Made by a program: the position numbers and the translations under genes
Source: a virus
Strand: one strand, 5' to 3'
Length of the DNA: 64,000 bases
IMG/VR virus record: IMGVR_UViG_3300032046_000005
Coordinates: 32,001-96,000 of that record
Notes under the pieces: generated by a model
Database searches by the model: none
What the model was told of the DNA's origin: nothing
Seen by the model: only the letters and a program-made list of their open reading frames with translations
Shown: positions 58,256 to 64,000 of the stretch, one piece after another
Layout: every line of letters begins with the position of its first letter
Numbering within the stretch: position 1 is the stretch's first letter

Positions 58256-59041
58256 TTAATTTTTAACAAACAAAATCGCATTGGGATAATGAATCATCAA
58301 TCTTCCAGACCACACGAAAAGAAAATCAACCGTTTTTTGAAGGTTATGCGTGATTGGTTCAAATACAAACGAATAACCTTCATACAATTCAAATGTTTTG
58401 AATTTATGTTCATCCTTACCAATTGAAGTTGAAATCAAACAATATCCTTTTTCATGTTTATAATTTTCGAAATTAGGACTTGTAAAAACTGTTTTTATGT
58501 CTTCTGAAAGTTGTGGTATAAGAATATCAGGACTTACAAGCAAAACAAAAGGTAAATCATATCCATCGCCTTTCATTGTTTCTATTGATTCATTCAAATC
58601 AATTCTATAAAATCCGCCGTTAAATAAGCCATAGAATTCTCTACATTTCCATTCTCTCATTTTTTCAATCGTTTCTACTGGATCTAACATATCATCTCCC
58701 CAAGCAATGAATTGTTCGATTTGATCTTGCATTACCTTAACTACTTTCTTAAATTGTTCTTCATACAATTTATTATAATTATCCTTATATTCGTCAATCT
58801 TTTCAAATGAAATTTCAACTTTAGTAGCAAGATATAACATTGGAACAGTTGATTCACATCCAACATCTATCAATCCAGAATCTTTTTTCCAATCAAAATA
58901 TGTTAACTTATCAATTCCTTCTCCAAGTTGTTTAATCAATCCATTCTTTCTCAAGAAGCTGTAAAGATTGTCTTGATTTTCTATTTGTTCTTTCGTTCTT
59001 TCTTGTATTTTTTTTGATATTTCTTGTATTTTTTCTTCCGT
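58256..59041 (-). CDS. second, internally deleted major capsid protein paralogue; probable start ACG at 59041 (track start TTG 58954)
   Basis: GEGIDKLTYFDWKK identical to MCP; LYLA.KV.IS, QF.AWGD.M..PV, FNGG, TSPNF, EL..GY.F, WSGRL shared. Confidence 0.85.
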   Translation of the reverse strand, partial: TEEKIQEISKKIQERTKEQIENQDNLYSFLRKNGLIKQLGEGIDKLTYFDWKKDSGLIDVGCESTVPMLYLATKVEISFEKIDEYKDNYNKLYEEQFKKVVKVMQDQIEQFIAWGDDMLDPVETIEKMREWKCREFYGLFNGGFYRIDLNESIETMKGDGYDLPFVLLVSPDILIPQLSEDIKTVFTSPNFENYKHEKGYCLISTSIGKDEHKFKTFELYEGYSFVFEPITHNLQKTVDFLFVWSGRLMIHYPNAILFVKN

Positions 59042-59043
59042 TT

Positions 59044-59364
59044 TTAATCATCTTCTAAAGTATATTTTTCAAACAATTCGTCCCATTTATCTACATCTTT
59101 CGCATTAACTTGTATTTTGCTACAAACATGAAATGGTAATGGTAATGTTTCTGGATATTTTTCTCTAATTTCTAGATCAAATATTTTATTGTTAAAATAA
59201 TAATCAATAAGATATTCACGCGTGTCTTCTTTTTCTTGTTCTTCGTTTCTCATTGGTTCAATAGATACATCAAAAGAATCTAAAATTCTATGTTCAATGT
59301 TTCTTTTCACATCTTTAATGATTGCTTTCATGCTTGGTCTATTTAACAAATTTTCATTTGTCAT
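59044..59364 (-). CDS. paralogue of the gene upstream of the portal (45078..45380)
   Basis: End-to-end similarity by eye. Confidence 0.7.
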   Translation of the reverse strand: MTNENLLNRPSMKAIIKDVKRNIEHRILDSFDVSIEPMRNEEQEKEDTREYLIDYYFNNKIFDLEIREKYPETLPLPFHVCSKIQVNAKDVDKWDELFEKYTLEDD

Positions 59365-59440
59365 GATATATAGATTTTATGCTATATTTATATACTTCAT
59401 TATCAAAACGTTTAAATTATAACAAGTATAATTATATCAT

Positions 59441-59734
59441 ATGAACATAAATCTTAATTCAACAGAAAGAATAAGTATTGAAAAACCAGATCTAAAAGGT
59501 TGGTCTCATTGTTCTTGTAACGATCCAACCTGCAATCGAATGTTCTTTCAAAAATCTACATTACTTCATGTTTTGAAACCATATTTAGAAAAATGGAAGG
59601 ATTTGCCTTTAGATTTGGATCTTATGTCTTTTCATAATATTAATACTGGATTCATGACACTTGTTTTAACAATTTCTCAAACAGGAGATATTCAAGAAAG
59701 TGAATTGAAAAAAGCAATTGAAACCAAACGATGA
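59441..59734 (+). CDS. hypothetical protein
   Basis: Leaderless start after TATA at about 59410; HCSC..C. Confidence 0.5.
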   Translation: MNINLNSTERISIEKPDLKGWSHCSCNDPTCNRMFFQKSTLLHVLKPYLEKWKDLPLDLDLMSFHNINTGFMTLVLTISQTGDIQESELKKAIETKR

Positions 59735-60465
59735 TTGATCAACTTTATACCGAACAAGAAATCAAGAAATACGAGAAGTATTGTTTCAAATGTAAAAAGA
59801 CTTTGTATTATCATGAAGCTTTTGTTGAATTCATTAATAAAAAAATGAAAGAAGATGGATTTCGAGATAAAATGCCTTCTGAACTCAAACTACTTTTCAG
59901 AGATCAATTTAATGTTTGGTGGTTAAGCGATAAAATACAATTTTATTGTTGCAATTGTTATAATCAAGACAATAATCCTGCTCATTTACCATATTTCTTT
60001 AATCCTGATACGCGTGAATTTAATGCCGGAAGGAATGAATATAATAATGTTTCAATGACAGGAGATCTTTTAGCAACAGTCTTTTCTGCCATGCATATAT
60101 TTGAAGAATATTATTATCTTGATTTACATCATCGTTGTCGTCTTGATATTGAAATGAATTCTTATACATTGATACAATTTCAAATAGAAAATCATTATGA
60201 TACAATACTTGGATTGACAGAATTAGAACGAGTATCTGAAATGCCTTTTATCAGAAAAATAAACACAAACAACGATTTGCGAGAAAACAGAATTATATTC
60301 AAAACTAGCAATCTTCCAACTCCTCTTGTAATTAATGATTATAATCAATGGATAGAATATGATTTATATCATAACAATCCTATTGGACATCATGATGATT
60401 ATTATAGATATAGAGATCTTACAAAAAGAGAAATAGAAATTCACACGGGAATTTTGACTTTTTAA
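59731..60465 (+). CDS. Zn-finger domain fused to MCP-derived (A-domain-like) segment
   Basis: CFKC..FYCCNCY N-terminus; FNAG..GDLLATV..ENHYDTILGLTELERVSE vs MCP FNGG..GDYLATI..ENHFFSTVGITEHQRILE. Confidence 0.65.
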   Translation: MIDQLYTEQEIKKYEKYCFKCKKTLYYHEAFVEFINKKMKEDGFRDKMPSELKLLFRDQFNVWWLSDKIQFYCCNCYNQDNNPAHLPYFFNPDTREFNAGRNEYNNVSMTGDLLATVFSAMHIFEEYYYLDLHHRCRLDIEMNSYTLIQFQIENHYDTILGLTELERVSEMPFIRKINTNNDLRENRIIFKTSNLPTPLVINDYNQWIEYDLYHNNPIGHHDDYYRYRDLTKREIEIHTGILTF

Positions 60466-60475
60466 TGTTAAAAAA

Positions 60476-61594
60476 TTAAGTAATAAAATATTTTTTTAGA
60501 ATATTATAGATTTTCGTAATTGTTTTCTTATAATTTCCATACTTATTAGAAAAGAAATGCATGGTTGTTCGCTTGTCTACATTAATATCAAGATTGTTTT
60601 CCTTGTAAACTTTTACGATTTCGCGTTCAAACGCTTTTTCTTGGTTTATCAAGATGATTTGTAGTTCAATATATTGTTTGTAAAGCAAAATTTCGCTTTC
60701 AGAATACTCCTCTTCCAAGTAAGGTAAAATTGATTCGTAATCTAACACATAAAGATCTTCCGTAGCATTCAAAAGCGTGTTTCTTATTGCAATCTTAGCC
60801 ATTCGCATCGAACCACATAATGAGTGATGATATGATTCAATTGTTGGAGGTTTGAGCTTGTAAAGTTGAGTATAATGTTCTAAGTGACAATACCAAACCG
60901 CTCCTTCGCTCCCCTTGAACATGTTCTGGTCTCCAATTCGTTCAAGTTTTGTTTCTAAGTTGTTTTGCTCGCTTTTGTAATTATCAATCAAGTTCAAATT
61001 ATTATCATATGTCTTGAATAGTACTGGAATTGAAACTGAACCGTGTTTTAAGCATGATGGTGATATGATCAATCCATTTTCTTTCAAACCAAACAACAAA
61101 CATATCTCAATGTCTTTATCATAAACAATCGTGATTGGATTCAAATATCCATATAGTTCATAACTCAAATTACAACAATTTTCAAAAGGTAAAGTTGAAA
61201 TATCAGGATGTTTTGATAGTGTTTTATATAACAACACTTGAAAATCTTCTCTTGGAAACATCGTTAATCTAGTTTTATACGATACAAAAGACTTGAAATT
61301 TTGATCTTTATAAACAAACTGCAAAATATTGGTCCCATCTAGTTTTTCCCAACTAGTTATTAAATCAATATCAGGAGGAAAATGAAAGTTTCCTTCAAAA
61401 TCGTTGGGATAATTCATCTTAGGTGTCGTGGCAATTTCTTGATTACAAAACTCACCATTAATATTTGTTATTATCAATTTTGAATAATCACCTCTATGAA
61501 TGTATCCATTTAATACGTTTTGCTTGTTATATGGATCTTGTTCGTCTTTAAACTCAATCAGATTCTTTTTTTCGATTCTCATTTTCTTTTTCAC
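60476..61594 (-). CDS. ATP-dependent RNA ligase (T4 Rnl1/Rnl2-like)
   Basis: TPKMNY, motif I EKLDGTN, TR, III YELYG, IV EGAV, V LYKLK. Confidence 0.8.
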   Translation of the reverse strand: MKKKMRIEKKNLIEFKDEQDPYNKQNVLNGYIHRGDYSKLIITNINGEFCNQEIATTPKMNYPNDFEGNFHFPPDIDLITSWEKLDGTNILQFVYKDQNFKSFVSYKTRLTMFPREDFQVLLYKTLSKHPDISTLPFENCCNLSYELYGYLNPITIVYDKDIEICLLFGLKENGLIISPSCLKHGSVSIPVLFKTYDNNLNLIDNYKSEQNNLETKLERIGDQNMFKGSEGAVWYCHLEHYTQLYKLKPPTIESYHHSLCGSMRMAKIAIRNTLLNATEDLYVLDYESILPYLEEEYSESEILLYKQYIELQIILINQEKAFEREIVKVYKENNLDINVDKRTTMHFFSNKYGNYKKTITKIYNILKKYFIT

Positions 61595-61889
61595 TTTTTT
61601 TCCTATCTATTATGAATTTAAAACTACCCAAATGATGATAAGCAGCAGCTTTAGTGGGATCTGCTCTAGGAAAATCAATCATTAATGGACCAAAACTAGA
61701 ACAAGGAAAATTAATTAAAAATGCCATTTGTTTGATAAATTCAAAATAATTTTCTTCGTTCATTTGAATTGTAAAATCTAATTCTGTTTTGTCTATTTTA
61801 ACAATTTTCCCATGATATCTTTCAATTTCATAAAATAATAAATCTAAATTTTGTTCAAGTAATTCAATTATCTCTTTTTTATTCAACAC
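61554..61889 (-). CDS. hypothetical protein
   Basis: GGTGA RBS, operon ORF. Confidence 0.45.
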   Translation of the reverse strand: MLNKKEIIELLEQNLDLLFYEIERYHGKIVKIDKTELDFTIQMNEENYFEFIKQMAFLINFPCSSFGPLMIDFPRADPTKAAAYHHLGSFKFIIDRKKSEKENENRKKESD

Positions 61890-61892
61890 TAA

Positions 61893-62501
61893 TCACCAAT
61901 ATGCAAACTCATTCTTATAGTTTGGAAAGTTCTTTTTCATGTATTCTTTACATGATTCTCGCTCTTTATCGTCAAAACAACCTTTTTCAACTATTTCAGT
62001 TTTGAATAATATGTTATCATTAACAGTATCAACACAAATCACATATTTTTGCAAGTTGTGAAAATTATTAGGTTCTACAAACTTATCTTGTATTGCATAT
62101 CTGCATAAAAAACAAATAAACGCATTACAATCATAAAACGCACCTTTATAAAAAAAATTAGCCCGTTTTCTGTTTTTATCGTCAATCAAATTGTTCCACA
62201 TCGAATGTTCTGTATTTTCAATTCTCCAACCTTCAGGCAATTTCACTTCAAAAAACAAATCATCATATTCCTTGATTATCTCAATGTCTAATTTTTCATA
62301 TGCTTTTTTGATATCAGTATAACCCAAGTGCTTTCTTTCGTAAGGGTTATATTTCTTAGGCAATAATTGAAATTCCTTCACTTTCTTTTGTTCTCGTTTC
62401 TCTTGGTTCTCAATCGTTTGAGGAATGTTTTTTGTTGTCATTCCTTCAGTAAATACTTCTAAAAAACCTTCTTCTTTTTTATCATTTTTCATGTCTTTCA
62501 T
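61893..62501 (-). CDS. conserved hypothetical viral protein
   Basis: DDLF..V.LPEGW...TEHSMW..L.D..NR.RA.FFYK.AFYD motif. Confidence 0.65.
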   Translation of the reverse strand: MKDMKNDKKEEGFLEVFTEGMTTKNIPQTIENQEKREQKKVKEFQLLPKKYNPYERKHLGYTDIKKAYEKLDIEIIKEYDDLFFEVKLPEGWRIENTEHSMWNNLIDDKNRKRANFFYKGAFYDCNAFICFLCRYAIQDKFVEPNNFHNLQKYVICVDTVNDNILFKTEIVEKGCFDDKERESCKEYMKKNFPNYKNEFAYW

Positions 62502-62587
62502 GATTTATATATACAATTTATAATATTTAAACTTTTTTAATAATAAATAAAAAAAATAAAAAAAAGATTATTTCAAATATTCATTTA

Positions 62588-62932
62588 TTATCTTTTAGTT
62601 CTATGACCAAGTCCACAGCAACAACAACAAATCAATGCAAAACAACCCACGATAAGTATTCCAATCCAAGCAATTGATGTCGACAACATTTCGTTAAATC
62701 CAAGTCCAATTCCCATGTCTCTTACAACATTCCATAAAAACACGAAAAATAGAACAACAAAAATTATTCCTATAATTATTGCCATCAACAATAAAATAAA
62801 TCCTATGTTTTCCATCATAAAACTTGAAAACTTATGCAAACCATTTTTTAGTTTTCCATAAAACTGTTTCAATATCATTTTTATTTTTTCTATATATCGT
62901 TGTATTGTAGTTTTCTTTTCAACTTCTGTCAT
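62588..62932 (-). CDS. two-TM membrane protein with C-terminal CCCCC cluster
   Basis: Hydrophobic helices followed by ICCCCCG. Confidence 0.55.
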   Translation of the reverse strand: MTEVEKKTTIQRYIEKIKMILKQFYGKLKNGLHKFSSFMMENIGFILLLMAIIIGIIFVVLFFVFLWNVVRDMGIGLGFNEMLSTSIAWIGILIVGCFALICCCCCGLGHRTKR

Positions 62933-62936
62933 TTAT

Positions 62937-63140
62937 TCATACCTCTAAAATTTCCATTTTTTCAAGAATAGCAAAAATACCTATTATTATGATTATATAA
63001 ATCAAAATTGTTAGAAAAAGATATTCGATCCAAGTATTGTCATTAAACTCTTTATATGTACATACAATAAGAACTGGAAACAAAATCAATATAAAAACAA
63101 CCAAACCTATTGCAATCCATAATAATATTTCTATAAACAT
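62937..63140 (-). CDS. small two-TM membrane protein
   Basis: Two hydrophobic helices. Confidence 0.5.
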   Translation of the reverse strand: MFIEILLWIAIGLVVFILILFPVLIVCTYKEFNDNTWIEYLFLTILIYIIIIIGIFAILEKMEILEV

Positions 63141-63310
63141 TTCATATCATTTTTGTTAAATTTTTATATTGCTTAATAAATATCTTTCTTTTTATATAAA
63201 TTTAACTTTTTTTATTGATCAAAATCAAAAGAAAACATTTAAATATTTATAATTATTATATATATTAAAATCAAATTATGATTAAACAATAAAAAATAAA
63301 AAGTGAAAAA

Positions 63311-64000
63311 ATGGCAAATACATTACTAAATGATACAAATAATAACTCGATAGCAAAAAGAACTTATGAAAGTTGTATTTGTTGCGATAATTATGTAGGA
63401 ATTGAAGATTCATGCGCATTATATCCTTTAATTCGTATAAAAATAATCAATATCATTCATCCTTGTGGTCATTGTGATGACAATTTTAACAAACTTACTA
63501 TCGATCAAGCAGAACAAATCAAGTCAAAAGTTCTAAACAATCCAAACAAGAAATCGTTTCAAGATCTCTACAATGAAGTTGTTAATGTGAAAAACGAAGA
63601 TTGTAAAACTTGCATAAATTATTGTAATACTAATACTACAAACAAATACTGTAATTATTATAAAGATTCTAACGATGAAAATCAAAGTCGATATTTTCTT
63701 GTTAATAGTATCATAAAACCTTGCAAACATTACAATATAAAATTCAATTTTACTAAAGAAGAAGCAATTAAAATTTGTGTAGCTTTGAATTCAAGTTCAA
63801 CTCCAAAAAAAACATTCGAACAAATCATCAACGAAGTCAAGAATCAAACAGAAAATTGTAGATCTTGTAAAAATTATCATGACGAAAGTGGAGGAGCCGA
63901 ATTTTGTAAACTTTATTACGATAAAGATCATCCGGAAAAAACGTTATTCGTGGGATTGACTGCAATTACTAAACCTTGCGGATATCATGGATTAGAATTT
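63311..64000 (+). CDS. tandem Cys-repeat protein (3' truncated by window edge, not in track)
   Basis: Open frame from ATG 63311 to window end; three units CxxCxNY-x-C..Y-x-PC; AAGTGA RBS; TATA at 63233. Confidence 0.7.
   Translation, partial: MANTLLNDTNNNSIAKRTYESCICCDNYVGIEDSCALYPLIRIKIINIIHPCGHCDDNFNKLTIDQAEQIKSKVLNNPNKKSFQDLYNEVVNVKNEDCKTCINYCNTNTTNKYCNYYKDSNDENQSRYFLVNSIIKPCKHYNIKFNFTKEEAIKICVALNSSSTPKKTFEQIINEVKNQTENCRSCKNYHDESGGAEFCKLYYDKDHPEKTLFVGLTAITKPCGYHGLEF

Noticed and set aside
58955-59046. Stop-codon readthrough fusing 59044..59364 to the MCP paralogue
   Set aside because: The gap is 89 nt, so the two ORFs are not in frame
63533-63730. 65-aa minus-strand ORF
   Set aside because: Antisense shadow of the Cys-repeat gene starting at 63311
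1-64000. Alternative genetic code (stop-codon reassignment)
   Set aside because: Long genes translate intact with the standard code, and TAA, TGA and TAG all end genes; no suppressor tRNA

Overview
AT-rich 64 kb segment of a tailed (HK97-fold, siphovirus-like) virus or provirus of an archaeon. The archaeal host is indicated by two tRNAs with bulge-helix-bulge introns, a PTH2 peptidyl-tRNA hydrolase, BRE/TATA promoters, GAGRYGA-type ribosome-binding sites and many RHH and Zn-finger genes. An Asgard/Lokiarchaeia-like host is plausible but only inferred. Layout: (1) + strand early/recombination genes (Sak4-like ATPase, Cas4-like nuclease, PTH2) at 1-8.3 kb. (2) A - strand morphogenesis module: membrane/lysis candidates, adhesin-hub, short tape measure, frameshifted tail chaperone, tail tube, MCP, decoration protein, scaffold, DUF2213-like protease and two multidomain head-cargo proteins at 8.3-29 kb; portal at 43-45 kb; TerL at 50-52 kb. 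(3) A 12 kb sugar-modification cluster with three sulfotransferase-like domains between portal and head genes, plus miniature NeuB/NeuC-like genes next to TerL. (4) tRNA-Leu(TAA), tRNA-Ser(TGA), ASCH and a DNA methylase at 47-50 kb. (5) An accessory region at 53-64 kb with an RNA ligase and two capsid-protein-derived paralogues. Best leads: complementary exapted MCP fragments (58.2-60.5 kb); a tRNA-Ser intron at 32/33 that looks like three stacked introns; two apparent ACG start codons; and head proteins punctuated by D|F motifs, suggesting protease-released cargo (Zn fingers, KTSC, zincin). All calls come from reading motifs by eye; no database searches were run.
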